Under the pieces are notes generated by a model. The model was not told the DNA's origin. It did no database searches and worked only from the letters and a program-made list of their open reading frames with translations. 64,000 bases of DNA, from contig OX597832.1 of the NCBI GenBank assembly GCA_951406725.2, positions 58,032,001 to 58,096,000 on the forward strand, written 5' to 3'. Shown in pieces: positions 12,962 to 26,837 of this stretch; position 1 is the first letter of the stretch, and every line of letters starts with the position of its first letter. A program made the position numbers and the translations under genes. The stretch is from Octopus vulgaris (Eukaryota).

Positions 12962-14171
12962 TCACATGCACATACACTTATATACACTTATCTATATATT
13001 TATGTCTATAATTACATGCGTAGAAGTTCTTTCCTACTCACTCCCTCCCATAAAATACCAGTAATTATACCCTGCATTCTATGAATTGTTCGAGTAACAA
13101 TAGAAAAGTCAGACCCCTAATAATACTCCCTGTTCAATTTCGGTTTAAATCTGGCCCTTATTTTTATGCCAATCTCTGTTCAACGCAGAAATACAAAAAT
13201 AAAACATGTTTGCTATTGTATTTGTACTTTTTTTTTGTACATTTACTTTTTATGGATGTATATGTGTAGGCGTGTGTATGTTAGTGTATTTATTCATTGT
13301 GTGTGTGTGTGTATTCATAATGTGTGCTATATGTGTAAGGTGCTTGAAAGTGTATTCACGTTGTGTATATGTGCATGTATGTATGCGTATATAATTATAT
13401 ATGTGCATACGTGTGTGTGCACATAAATGCATGTGTGTGAATGTGTGTATTTATTTGTGTATGTGTATATGCACATGAATATGCGTGTATATATGTGTAT
13501 ATAGATTTGTATATGTGCCTATGTATATCTATATATACGTGTATATGTATGTGTATGTATACGTATATAGTTATACATATGCATGTGTGTGTGTGCACAT
13601 AAATGCATGTGTGTATGTATTTGTGTATGTACATGAATATTCATGTATATGTGTATATAGATGTGTTTATGCACTTCGGTATGTGTATATAAATGCGTAT
13701 GTATGTGTATGTATACGTATATAATTATGAGCATACGTGTGTGTGTACATATAAATGTATGTGTGTGAGTGTGTGTATGTATTTGTGTATACGTATATGC
13801 ACATGAAATTGCGTGTATATATGTGGATATACGTGCGTATGAATATGTGTGTGTATATATGCGTGTGAACGTGTATGTGTGTGTGTGTGTATGTATTTGA
13901 GATATACGAATGCGTGTGGCGTACGATATTGGCATATTCGTCTATGTGTGTGTGTATGTGTGTGTGTATGTAAGCATTTGTACACGTCTGTGTGTCACAG
14001 TGTGGTATGTGTGTGCGCATGTAGCTGTGTGTGTATGTGTGCGTGCGTGCGTATGTATGTGTATAACGTACGAGTGCGTCATTATATTTGTATGTCCATG
14101 GTGTATGCGTGTGTCCGTATCTGTGTGTATTTGTATTCGTCTGTGTGTCACGGCCTGTCTTTGTATGTGTA

Positions 14172-14234
<63 letters not shown>

Positions 14235-14499
14235 TCGTATAAGTGTGTTCGCGTATGTGTGTGTGTTATATTACCATTTTCATTAATTTCATGTTACGAA
14301 TGATTGATACTTTATTACACTGTTGTTGTTGTTGTTATTATTATTGACGTTTTTTTTTCTCTTTTCTATTTTTATTTATTTATTTATTTATTCATTTATT
14401 TATTTATTTATTGCTCCAACCGTTATGGACGATTCCGCTACCAGGAGAGTTGTTACTGAGTTTATCGAAATACACAAAGCATCTCCAAAGAATAAAAGA

Positions 14500-15105
14500 A
14501 GAAACAGCAGCAGCAGCGGCAACAGCAGCAGCAGCAGCATCACAATCTCCGGCATCACCACCAGCAGCGCCACCTGCAGCAATAGCAGTAACACCACAGC
14601 AGTCCACCACTACCTCTACCATCAACAACTCCAACACCAATTCCAGCAGTACCACCACCACCAATTCCAGTAGTACCACCACCACCACCTCTACCACCAT
14701 CACAACTTTCACCGTAACCAGCAGCAACACCTCCACCACCACCACCACCACAGATTAGAATTATCATCGCAACACTGTCACCGCCGCCACCCCCCACCAT
14801 TGCTGTCACTACCATTCTAACATTGCCACCGAATCAATGACGACCTGACCATCCCCACTATTATGGAACCGTCGCCCCTTACCATTCTACGAGCACCAAT
14901 GCCATCACTATGGCGGCGGAAGCAACGACGACGACCGCCACCACCACGAATATCATACCAAGCCTGCCATCACCAACTAGGCTACCACCAAACACCACCA
15001 GCATCAAAATCATCATAATCTCCATCATCATAAAGATCATCATAATCCTCATCAAAATAATGATGATGATGATAATCATCATCATCATCATCAAGATCAT
15101 GAACA
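14500..15105. repeat. Compound (CAG/CAC/CAT)n trinucleotide tract
   Basis: Visible directly. Confidence 0.85.
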
Positions 15106-15109
15106 ACTA

Positions 15110-15650
15110 CGACCCGGAGCCAGCACGACACCATGTAGTCGGCCATGAGATGATCGGTGTTTTAGGAATGCGTAGATGGCTCGTCAGACTCAATCCGATC
15201 ACGGAGCGTGTCTTTGGCAGTGCCAACGAGGAAATGCTGGCGGCACTGGCAAATCTGAAGTTATTTTCCTTTCCTGTCTGCCAGTCACTTTGTTGACCCC
15301 ACATATCATGGATCCCATACAAACTGCTACGCACCGTTCTCCTCTATCCAACGTTGTCTTTCACCATTCTTTACGGCTGATGTTGAAGACCTCACCTGAA
15401 GCTTTCTATGTATCCTACCAACAATTTCTCTCGTACCCTCGAGATTTTTAATGTACTGAAGTTCGTTGTAAGAACGATTTCTTAGGGAAACCGGTGGTCT
15501 GGTATCCAAACCACGTGACATGGTCAGCACAAGTATGACTGAATTAGGATCGTGCAGATGTTTTGGGAGTTCAGCATGAAAGTTCCTCTCTGTCAGAAGT
15601 CCTGTTTTGTAACTTTGTGCCAAAAATTTATCTGAGGCCGATGGTATGGG
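15110..15650 (-). pseudogene. Decayed 3' end of an RTE-clade LINE ORF
   Basis: Minus-strand fragments across frameshifts read ICTILIQS, HVxRxLDTR, YNELQ, DTxKAS, FNISRKEW, LDR..RSSL and GLSLTSHLR. This order matches the RTE C-terminus (post-RT region and terminal zinc-finger remnant). A (GAT)n tail follows. Confidence 0.6.
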
Positions 15651-15914
15651 CAGAGTTCAATTTCTTTCAATGCGTATTTGTGTGTCTGTTTATCCCTCCA
15701 ACATCGCTTGACAACCGATGCTGGTGTGTTTACGTCCCCGTAACTTAGCAGTTCGGCAAAAGACACCGATAGAATAAGTACTAGGCTTTCAAAGAATAAG
15801 TTCTGGTGTCGATTTGCTCGACTAAAGGCGGTGCTCCAACATGGTCGCAGTCAAATGACTGAAACAAAAGAATAAAAGAATTTCCTAAAATATTTTTATT
15901 GTAAAGGAAGAACA

Positions 15915-16001
15915 ATATCCCGAGGTATATTGACTGCCGGGGGATTTTGTCCAGGAGTGGGGGGGGAGGATTTTGTTCAAAGGGGATTTTGTCCTAGTAC
16001 C
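15915..16001. mobile_element. Single end of a DNA transposon with GGGGATTTTGTCC subterminal repeats
   Basis: Three ggattttgt(c/t)c repeats end in ...gtcctagtacc. The partner end was not found. Confidence 0.4.
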
Positions 16002-16659
16002 GTAAAGTAGCGAAGCTAAAATTACATCCCAGTGCACTTTGATCTGTGTTTCAGGTATGATACACACTGTTTCACACGTTCGTTTGGAGTCTGCTGAATG
16101 CAGCACCGGCCTAAGTCTGGCATTCTGTTTGTCATCAATTATGACAGCACGGAAGATTATGCTTGCCATCCATCCACGCATAAATATAGTTTCTTATTTT
16201 TCAAATAGCATTTTAAAGTAGAAAGCTAGGTGACATCGATATTAAAATCCATTATTTTGCTACTTCTGACTCTACTAAAAACCATTGCTTCCTGTATCTA
16301 AAGTTAACCAAACTAGCAATAACCTAAATGCAAGTAACTCCAAAGATACCGACCCAAACATTTGTAGTCCAGTTTAACAAAGTTAATTCATTGGCCTTAT
16401 CGCTAACAGTTGTAAGGTAGGTTTCAAGCAACACACGCATTAATTTCGAAATCCCATTAAAAGCAATCTCATATCTCTCTCCATTCGAAAGATACGAACA
16501 AACTGTACAATTTAAAATGGATAATCCGATCTAATGCTAAATCTGATAGACGCTAAGAAATTTTCTCTGCAATGGTACCCATTCGCTCAACAGGTATTCA
16601 AAAATAATTGTCTCCTACTAGCATAAAATATTTAAGGAAATACAAAATGTTCCAAAATT

Positions 16660-16705
<46 letters not shown>

Positions 16706-16708
<3 letters not shown>

Positions 16709-17051
16709 AATGCAGTGTACATTTAAACACATTAAGAGGTATCCATCATAGGACTCCCTTACGCTAGAAGGAATAGCTATAGTCCAAACCACTAATTAGG
16801 GATAAATTCTCGAAGGGAATAAAAAATACAAACATTTACCATCTATTTCCTGAACCATGGTTTCAGACGTTTTTTTAGCAAATAAAATAATTTGCCAGGC
16901 GAGTCCTATGATGGATACCTCTTAATGTGTTTAAATGTACACTGTATTTTATATGAATAATATATAGTCCCTTGACTAATTTTTCTATACGCTAGGAAAT
17001 CTTTACTACCAATGGGTAGTAAAAATTTCTCAAATCTTTATTACCCTGATA

Positions 17052-17057
<6 letters not shown>
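16706..17057. mobile_element. Element embedded in (TA)n with ~50-bp inverted repeat (16706-16756 / 16901-16951) and a one-sided extension
   Basis: aatgcagtgtacatttaaacacattaagaggtatccatcataggactc is inverted relative to gagtcctatgatggatacctcttaatgtgtttaaatgtacactgtatt. (TA)n lies on both flanks. Confidence 0.75.
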
Positions 17058-17090
<33 letters not shown>

Positions 17091-17712
17091 TTTGGTAGAA
17101 AAAAATAGAGCTCAAAGCATAAGTGTAGGTTTTAGAATTAATCGGCAGAAGTCACTAGGTGACTCAACTTCCGGGAGTTTCATGCGTTGGACTTATTAGA
17201 TTGCTTTCAAATTATGGGAATAACAACTATATAAGCCGGTCATAAAGCTAATTCTCTTGATTGCTCTAGAATAAATTATAAAGACAATTACACGAGAATG
17301 TGGACAATGTGTGTGCGTACATACATTATGTGTATCGCTTACACACGTTTAACACTTGTCCATCTCGTTTTGTGCCCAATGCCTTCTTTATTTATATATA
17401 TATAAAATTTACCGATGGGCGTTTGTCCTGTCCCATCAATGTAAACGTGTTTGTGTGTATATTTGTACGTTTGTGTGTTTGTAGTGTAAGATAATCGGTG
17501 TGTACAGAGTATACATTAACAGATACAATTATATAGATCCAATGCGTATAAACAAGGGATGTAAGAAGTAAACACGAAGTGATGACAAATACAGGCGAAA
17601 AACAAGAAAGAAAAAAATGGCCGATATTGTAACTGAAGTCTTTTCAAATACGTATGTGCGCATGCTTGAACACGCATATGTATAAACACTCGGGGGGATT
17701 TATACATGCTCA

Positions 17713-17763
<51 letters not shown>

Positions 17764-17904
17764 GCTTATGTTGCATTTATACGATTACACACACAACTGT
17801 CAACTTAACACATAGAAGGTAAACACATTAATAGTTATATACATACATACGTACGTACGTACATAAATACATACGCCCGTCCGTTCGCATATACATACAT
17901 ACGA

Positions 17905-17938
<34 letters not shown>

Positions 17939-18430
17939 GCACACATACAAACATCTACTCAAATACACGCAAATATTTTCATTTCACATACGACATCACA
18001 CACGGCCCTCAACCGAATATACACATGCAGATATACAAAACTAGACAAATTTACATATGCATGCGCATGCATATATATATATACACAGCATCATAACCAT
18101 ACATCCTTGAAACGAATATAGATACAAGTACCCGTATGTACACACACACACACATATATATATACGCGCGCACAAATATATACATCACATTATCATACAT
18201 ACGACCATTAAGGCAATACAGACGGAATACATAGGCATATACGCATATACACGAGGGTGTATAAACTTCAGCAAAAACGGCCATCCACTCATACAGAGGT
18301 ACTTATACGCATATGCTTACACTTATACATCAACACATGACCATCCAGCGAATATACGCGTACACCCAGACACGTATCCATAGTTACTGCGCCACAACTC
18401 ATGCCCACATACCGATCCACATTATATATA

Positions 18431-18513
18431 CACTTAACTGTATGCACTTAACTGTATGCACTTAACTGTATGCACTTAACTGTATGCACTTAACTGTATG
18501 CACTTAACTGTAT
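18431..18513 (+). repeat. Perfect 14-bp tandem repeat (CACTTAACTGTATG) x6
   Basis: Visible directly. Confidence 0.95.
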
Positions 18514-18691
18514 ACACCCATATCTATCCATCCATCTATCTATCTCTCTATCTGCCTATCCATACATCCATTGATCTTGATAGGCGCAGGCGTGGCTGTA
18601 TGGTAAGAAGTTTGTTTCATACCCACATGGAAGACAGAGGAAAAAAGATCACCAACGGTACACACGCAGTCACATTATAAATATATGTATG

Positions 18692-19965
18692 TCAGGTCAT
18701 CCCATACGTTCTGTCCGATTTTACCATTTCTAAAATTGAATGAAATTTAATAGTATTTTAGAATGTCTAATGGAATTAAAAATTATTTTTATGCATTTGT
18801 GTAAATTTAAGCTAATTAAATATTATTTTACAGAATAATAGAATTACAATGTCTTTGATTAAAACCCTTTCTAACATGGAAGTATCCAAAAAGCATTTGA
18901 GGCACATAATGGTTTATGAGCACAAAAAAAAGAAACTCTACGACCGAAGCAAACCGAAACATACACTCAGTTTATGGGAAAGAATGCTTGAATGAAAGAA
19001 CTTGCAAAAGATGGTTTGCAAAATTCAGAGGTGGAGATTTCAGCCTTGAAGATGAAGATCGAATAGGACGTTCAGTTGAGTTTGATGATAAGCTCCTTGA
19101 GGCATTACTTTAAGAAAATCTTGCATTATCATTTGAAGAATTGGCAATAAAGCTTAGTTCAAACCATACAACTGTTCATCGTCATCTTTAACAACTTGGA
19201 AAGATTCCTATACTTGGAAAATGGGTGCCTCATGAATTTTCTGAAAGCAACTGCAAATCCCGAGTTGACATCTGCTCTTCTCTCCATTCTCGCGAACTCA
19301 TTTCACCCTTCTTGGAAAGATTTGTGACTGATGACAAAAAGTGGATCTTCTATCGAAATGTTAAATGTCGAAAACAGTGGCTTGCTAAAAGGGAAGAAGC
19401 TCAACCACAACCGAGAAGGGAACTTCATGTGAAAAAGGTTCTCTCTATCTGGTGGGATTGCAAAGGAGTAATGCACTTTGTATTGTTACCACCTAATGCA
19501 ACAGTCAACACTGAAGTCTACTGTCAGCAATTAGAGCGTTTGAACTAAGCTTTGAAGAAAAAAAGAGACGCTCTTTAGTGAATCGAAAAGGAGTGATGTT
19601 TCATCAGGACAATGCACGACCCCACACTACAAAGATTACATCACAAAAGATCGAGGGACTTAGTTGGGAAAAAATTCCTCATCCACCTTATTCTCCCGAC
19701 CTTGCTCCTTTAGACTACCATTTGTTTCGTAGTTCACAGAATCATTTGGGGAATATAACTTTCGTAAGCCAGGAGGAGGTCGAAACTGACATTTCCTCAT
19801 TTTGAAACCAAAAGAGTTTTACATCGATGGAATTAAAACATCTTGTAAACAGATGGAAGAAAGTCATAGATAATCAGGGAGAGTACACTGATGATTAAAT
19901 TTCAATTAAATATAACATTTGACCACTTGTTTTCTTTATTCAAAATTCGGACAGAACTTATGGGA

Positions 19966-19968
<3 letters not shown>
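18692..19968 (+). mobile_element. Mariner (DD34D) transposon copy 1, near full length, inactive
   Basis: TIRs tcaggtcatcccatacgttctgtccga / tcggacagaacttatgggatga (right end clipped), in a TA context. Contains a transposase pseudogene. Confidence 0.95.
18876..19898 (+). pseudogene. Mariner transposase pseudogene
   Basis: Motifs WVPHEF, VTDDKKW, FHQDNARPH and HPPYSPDLAPLDY, with 34 residues between the 2nd and 3rd catalytic Asp. Multiple stops and frameshifts. Confidence 0.95.
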
Positions 19969-19996
<28 letters not shown>

Positions 19997-20002
19997 TACT
20001 GC

Positions 20003-20362
20003 GGCACTCCGTCGGTTACGACGACGAGGGTTCCAGTTGATCCAATCAACGGAACAGCCAGCTCGTGAACATTCCTCAGACACGTGTACCGGTAACGTAG
20101 TTCTTGGGGAGATACAGTGTGACACAGGGTGTGACAAAGCTGGCCCTTTGAAATACAAGTACAACAGAAACGGAAAGAAAGAGTGAGAGGAAGTTGTGGT
20201 GAAAGAGTACAGCAGGGTTTGCCACCACTCCCTGCTGGAGGTTCGTAGAGCTTTAAGTGTTTTCACTCAATAAGCACTCACAACGCCCGGTTTGGGAATC
20301 GAAACTGCGATCCTATGACCGCGAGTCCGTTGCCCCTAACCACTGGGCCATTGTGCCTCCAC
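20003..20362 (-). mobile_element. SINE family C copy
   Basis: Reverse complement of 4746-5131, including the head tggaggcacaatggcccagtgg. Confidence 0.9.
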
Positions 20363-20600
20363 TACATGTGTGTGTGTGTGTGTGCGTGCGTATGTTTGTC
20401 TCCCACCACCGCTTCATAACCGGTGTTGGCTTGCTTAAGTCTCTGTAACCTAGCGGTTCAGCAAAAGAGACCGATGGAATAAGTACCAGGCTTAGAAAAG
20501 AAAATAAGTACTAGAATCTATTCGTTCGTCTAAAACCCTTTGAGAAAGTGCCCCAGCACGGCCGTGATATAACGACTGAAGCAAGTAAGGGATAAAAGAT

Positions 20601-20759
20601 AGAGCCGTCTTAACGTTATTAAAAAGCCCCGGGCAAATCAATGCACTGTAACCTTATTTTCTAATGAAAAGCTACATCATACATAGACCAGAATCGGGTC
20701 CCAAGACCTGTGAAGGCCCCGGGCGGCAGCAGAGTTTAGCCATTCCATAAGACAGCACT
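20601..20759. mobile_element. Small decayed MITE (AGxGCCGTCTTA-type ends)
   Basis: Imperfect inverted ends agagccgtctta / taagacagcact. Internal gccccgggc occurs twice. Confidence 0.45.
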
Positions 20760-22144
20760 TTAATCTATTTATCTATCGATCTATCTACCAACATATACAG
20801 ATATATATTTATACACACACACACACGCATATATATATATACTGTCCTCAGCCGAATACATACAAAATCATATATCACACAACAAGCATATCGTCCCACA
20901 TACTTCTACACACACACACACACACAACAAGCATATCGTCCCACAAATACTTCTACACACACACACACATATATATATAAACATAGTCATATATACACGC
21001 ACCATATACGGAGATATTTACATACATTCCAATACTAAAACCTCCCAAAACATGATCAGCGAACGAACTCACAGCATCACAAACTAACACACACATCGAA
21101 ACAGGAATAAACACATAAGACACACACACAACCAAAAACACACACATACACACACTCAAATTACATACATTCTACTCACAAATAAGTACATATAATGTTT
21201 GCAGTTAGACGTTTGTCTGATAGAAATAGTTACACAAACATTAATGACGATCGCTAAAATAAGAACGACAAATAAAGATGGCCGAGCATGTATGCTTAAA
21301 GGACGTGTCAACACAAAACTTTATTATAATGAGCGTTCATTCCTTCACACGTCCTCCCTAACACACACACACACACACGCGGTGAATATGTGAGGCCTCC
21401 TGACTGCGCAATACTTGTGTAAGTTTGCCTGTGTGTGAAAAAACAAAAACAAACAAACGGCGCAACGCTTCTTCCTCGGTCGTCCATTGTTGTCTTTTAG
21501 CTGATATCGTTGCCTCCCCATAGTTGTATATAAACACAAATACCGTGTTAGGCATTATTACTGTGGTATAAATTATTATTGCCTTAACATACAAAAATCA
21601 TATATAAGAATATAAACAAATAAAGAAAGCAATAAATAAGAAAGAAATGAAGAAAAATAAGTTGCAAATACAATAATACAGATAACATGATTTGTTGCCA
21701 CTTCTAAATATAGATATCTGTAACAATGCTTATATATATATATATATATATATATACCCATATATACACATACATATATACACACATATATGCACATCCA
21801 CATATATATATATATACATTCACATATATATATATATACATATATATATATACACATATACATACATACATATATACACACATATACATACATACATATA
21901 TACAGATATATATATATATACACATCTATACATACATATACACATCTATACGTACATATATAAACACAGACATATGTGTTTATATATATATATATATATG
22001 TATGTATGTCTGTGTGTGTGTGTGTGTGTGTGTGCATTTGTATGTTTATATATTTAGGTATATATAGATATGTGTGTGTGTATTATATATGTGTATATAA
22101 AAATGCACGTGTCTATGCTATATATATATGTATATACGTGTATG

Positions 22145-22188
<44 letters not shown>

Positions 22189-22694
22189 CTAATACACACA
22201 ACACACACACATGTATGAGCGGCTGACAAATAACTCGCCTTCACCCAAGGCAATTTATTTCAGCTGTCTTTCCTCCGTCTTTTCAGAAACTGGTCGTTCG
22301 TCTGTGAGAAAAAGAAAAGTAGCCATGTCTTTTTTCTGCAACGATGTATTGCCGTTTATTCCACACTTGGGGATTTAGGCATCACTTCAGATCAAATGTA
22401 CTATAGAAACCAACTAAAATTAGATGCTATTCTGAAATAGCAAACTACAAGAAATCGAAGAAAAAAAGAAACCTACACAAACCGTTGAAGTTTACACATA
22501 AAATACATAATTTATGTTTTTCGTATTGATTTTGTTTTTCACAATGCGCCATGATAAATATTCGGTGATGAACAAAGGAAGATATTAGTTGTTCGTGTCG
22601 ACCCAAGTGTATTACTGGTAATTTGTTTCTGTTGTTTAGTCCGAGTCATTTCTGACTGAGCCGTTCCTTCTAAATACTTGTTTCGGTAGTCGGT

Positions 22695-22858
22695 AGACTA
22701 CGGCCATGCTGGGGCATTGCCTTTAAGAGTTTTAGTCGAGCGAATCGACCCCAGTACTTCTTTTTTAAGCCTGACACTTATTCTACCGCTCTCGTTTGCC
22801 GAACCGCTAGGTTACAGGGACATAAACGATTCAACAACCGGTTGTCAAGCAGTGGTGG

Positions 22859-22938
<80 letters not shown>

Positions 22939-23089
22939 TTTCAGTTTCCGTCTACCAAATCCACTCACAAGACTTTGGTCGACCTCAGGCTGTAGTAGAA
23001 GACATTTTCCGAAGATGCTATGCAGTGGGACCGAAACCAGAACCATGTGGTTGAGAAGCAAGCTTCTTATCACAGCCACGCTTGCGCCT
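22695..23089 (-). mobile_element. SINE family A copy (tRNA head, internal TA/TG microsatellite, conserved 3' half)
   Basis: Matches the reverse complement of 46582-47019. Confidence 0.8.
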
Positions 23090-23712
23090 ACTCTATGAGC
23101 TTTATAATAAAAGATTTCTTTTTTAAGGCGGTGATCTGGCAGAATCGTTAACGCGAAGGGCAAAATGCTTATCGGCATTTCGTCTGTCTTTACGTTCTAA
23201 GTTCAAATTCCGCCGATGTCGACTTTGCCCTTTATCCTTTCGGAGTCGATTAAATAAGTACCCCTGAAGCAGTCTCGCAATTTCAAACCTTGTGTTTATA
23301 GTAGAAAGAATATAAAAAATTTCTCAGTGTTTTAGCCATGGCCATCTTTTGTGTCACAGTTTCTCCTCTAATGATTTCAGTTAATCATCGCACTTTACTC
23401 ATGGAACTTTACTCATGGAACTTTAATCGTCGCACTTTAATCATCGAACTTTAGCTGACTACAAACAAACTATTTTAGCACATTGTTTGACTGGCAGGAC
23501 ACCTTCTCAGCTTAGGTGAAAATCAGAGCGTAGACCAGGTTGAGCTTCAGTGTAATGTGCATAATGTGCACCAGAGTAAACTCTTTTTGCGGTGAGGCAG
23601 TGCGATTGAACTTTGGCATAAATATTGGTTTAAATTTTAGCACAAGAGAGCGATAAACACAGACACCCACATGCGAATCGCTGGCGATTTTCATCCTCAG
23701 TCTTCCTTTCCT

Positions 23713-23748
23713 GTTTCCGAAGAAGAGCTTCTGCTAGAAACGTTAAAC
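23713..23748 (+). ncRNA. Degenerate minimal hammerhead motif (core U4->C)
   Basis: GTTT-CCGAAGA-A-GAGC-ttct-GCTA-GAAACGTT-AAAC: perfect 4-bp stem I and palindromic AACGTT stem III. Confidence 0.5.
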
Positions 23749-24009
23749 CATCTTTCTTTCTTTCCATGAGTGTCTGCTAACACTTTACATGTACCACGTT
23801 CTCGCATTGCTTTTTTTGTGTTTGTTCTTTTTTGGATATATATATTACACGAGGGCTTCTTTTAGTTTCCGTCTACCAAATCCACTCACAAGGCTATGGT
23901 CGGCCCGAGGCTATAGTAGAAGACACTTGCACAAGGTGCCATGCAGTGGGACTGAACTCAGAACCATGTAGTTGGGAAGCAAGCTTCATACCACACAGCT
24001 ATATATATA

Positions 24010-24230
24010 AAGGGCGGCGAGCTGGCAGAATCGTTAGCACACTGGGCGAAATGCTTGGTGGTATTTCGTCTGCCGTTACGTTCTGAGTTCAAATTCAGGC
24101 GACGTTGACTTTGCTTTTCATCCTATCGGGGTCGATTAAATAAGTACCAGTTACGCACTGGTGTCGATATACTCAACTTAATCCGTTTGGCTGTCCTTGT
24201 GTGTCCCTTCCATGTTTAGTCCCTTGTGGG

Positions 24231-24232
<2 letters not shown>
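24010..24232 (+). mobile_element. SINE family B copy
   Basis: Head ggcggcgagctggcagaatcgttagcac... and B-box-like gagttcaaattc. A similar copy lies at 23124-23310. Confidence 0.85.
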
Positions 24233-24274
<42 letters not shown>

Positions 24275-25300
24275 TTGCGACGGGCTTCCATAGAGTTTCA
24301 ACCGAATTCACTCACAAGGCACTGGTTGGCCCTGGGATATAGTTGAAAACACTTGGTCAATGTGTTGCCCAGTGGGACGGAAGTCGAAACCAAGTAGTTA
24401 CAAAGCAAGCTTCTTAATGGCAGCCATTCCTCTGCCTATAGAAATATGCAAACATGGGTATCGCCCATAGGGAGACTATAGAATATGCAAATATGTGCAA
24501 ACGCATCTGTGAACATATGCAAATATATATTCGCACGGCTGTTGATATTGAACATGGTCTGACTGCATGGGATATGCAACACATACACAGGCACGTGACG
24601 GTGTAGGCGCGAACCGTTCTGTTATTACAAAATGCAACGCAGTTCAGGTCTCGTACACTGATTGACGCGGCTTTCCTGGCAGACGATAACGTTTCAATAA
24701 ATAAAGAAGCAAAAAAAAAAAAAAAAGAAACCTCTCCAAATATAAAACTCTAGAAATAGAAGAAAGATCAAAGATACGGAATATGGACAGAAGAACGGTC
24801 TCTGAAATTACTGGAGCGTTGGAAGCAATGAAGCGTAAAACAAAGTAGAAAATCAAAGAGCGGCAGGAGGAAACTTTCCAATGTGTGTGTGTGTTTGTGT
24901 GTAGGTCAGAAGATATTGCTTTTGGGAAAGGCCTATATTATAGGATAGATTTCATCAATAATCAACTTAAAAAAATATCAAAACAAAAGTCCTGTGACTG
25001 TTCGTCTGCTCCACATTTAGAGATACACAATAACAAAAAGAGAATATGCCTTCCTTAAACAGGACACGATACTACTGCTCCTGCTACTGCTGCTATTTTT
25101 AGTGTTGCTCCTAAAACTGTTTTTGATTTTGGTCCAGCAATTTTGAAGGGAAGATGATGCAAATCAATTGCATCAACCCCAGTACATGACTGGTATTTAT
25201 TTTATCGAGTCTGAAAAAGATGTAAAGCAAAGATTGTAAAGATGGACGAAATACCGCTGACCATTTTTATGCGGCACGCTAACGATTGCGCCAGCTAACT

Positions 25301-25513
25301 ACTTTACTCTTTTACTCCTTTTAGTCATTTGACTGCGGCCATGCTGGAGCACCGCCTTTTAGTCGAGCAAATCGCCCTCAAGATTTATTCTTTATAAGCC
25401 TAGTACTTATTCTATCGGTCTCTTTTGCCGAATCGCTAAGTTACGGGAACGTAAACACACCAGCATCGGTTGCCAAGCGATGTTGGGGAGACAAACACAG
25501 ACACACACACACA

Positions 25514-25566
<53 letters not shown>

Positions 25567-25732
25567 CACGACAGGCTTCTTTCAGTTTCTGTCAACCAAA
25601 TCCACTCACAAAGCTATGGTCGGCCCGAGGCTATAGTAGAAGTCCTTTGCCCAAGGTGCCACGCAGTGGGACTGAACCCGGAACCATGTGGTTGGTAAGC
25701 AAGCTGCTTACCACACAGCCACTCCTGCGCCT
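25301..25732 (-). mobile_element. SINE family A copy, full length
   Basis: Reverse complement of 46582-47019. Confidence 0.9.
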
Positions 25733-26431
25733 ATAGACACAAGACCTGAAATTTCTTTGGCGGGAGCAAGATGATTACATCAATCCCAGTGCTCAATTTG
25801 TACTTTTTTTATCGACCCCCATAAGGATGAAATCAAAGATGACCTCGGCGGAGCTTGAACTATGCGCCAAGAGAAATATGGCAAAAGCATTTCTCCATCA
25901 CTCTAATGATTTCGTTAGCTTGACCTAAATAACAACAACAACTATAATAATAATGTCATGTCCACGATGTCAGTCTTCGGTTATTCCTGTTCTTGACTCT
26001 TTCACATATTTTGTTTTATTTATATTTTTGTTCGTATTGTGTAGGTTCACTTTTTTGGTGACTCAATATTCTGGGGTTGCACTATGGTTGAGCTTAATTG
26101 AAGGAAAATCCATTTCCTTTCCATAAACTACAGTAAATATTTTGTATTTAAATTAACTTGTTAACGTTTCTTCAACTTGTTTCAGTCGTTAGATTACGGC
26201 CATGTTGGTGCAACGCCTTGAAGGGTTTAGTCGAACAAACCGACCAAAATACTTAGTTTTATATCCGGTATTTATTTTATCTGTTTCTTTTGCTGAGTCA
26301 CTAGGTTACGCGAACGTAAACAAACCGACACTGGTTATAAAGCAGTGGTCACACAGAAACACCCCCCCACACACACACACGACAGGCTTCCACACACTTT
26401 TGTCGATTAAATTTCCTCAAAACATTCATTT

Positions 26432-26837
26432 ATTGCCTACAGGGGGCTAAACAGAGGGGACAAACAAGGACAGACAAAGGGATTAAGTCGATTACATCGA
26501 CCCCAGTGCGTAACTGGTACGTATTTAATCGACCCCGAAAGGATGAAAGGCAAAGTCGACTTCAGCGGAATTTGAACTCAGAACGCAGCGACGAGCAAAA
26601 TACATATTTCTTTATTACCCACAAGGGGCTAAACAAAGAGAGGACAAACAAGGACAGACACACGAATTAAGTCGATTATATCGATCCCAGAGCGTAACTG
26701 GTACTTATTTAATCGACCCCGAAAGGATGAAAGGCAAAGTCGACCTTGGCGGAATTTGAACTCAGAACTTAACGGCAGACGAGATACGGCTACGCATTTC
26801 ACCCGGTGTGCTAACGTTTCTGTCAGCTCGCAGCCTT
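26432..26837 (-). mobile_element. SINE family B dimer nested in a decayed family A copy (~26160-26970)
   Basis: Two bodies joined at the same junction seen at 3402-3430 and 3604-3635. Family A sequence lies on both sides. Confidence 0.8.

Noticed and set aside
13066-13155. taccctgca...caatttcggttt, superficially like miR-10 arms
   Set aside because: The match is too poor beyond the seed and no precursor hairpin forms.
14323-15296. Poly-Q/H/S/T ORFs resembling a transcription-factor exon or mucin
   Set aside because: Degenerate trinucleotide repeat plus LINE remnant; multiple frames open and no domain.
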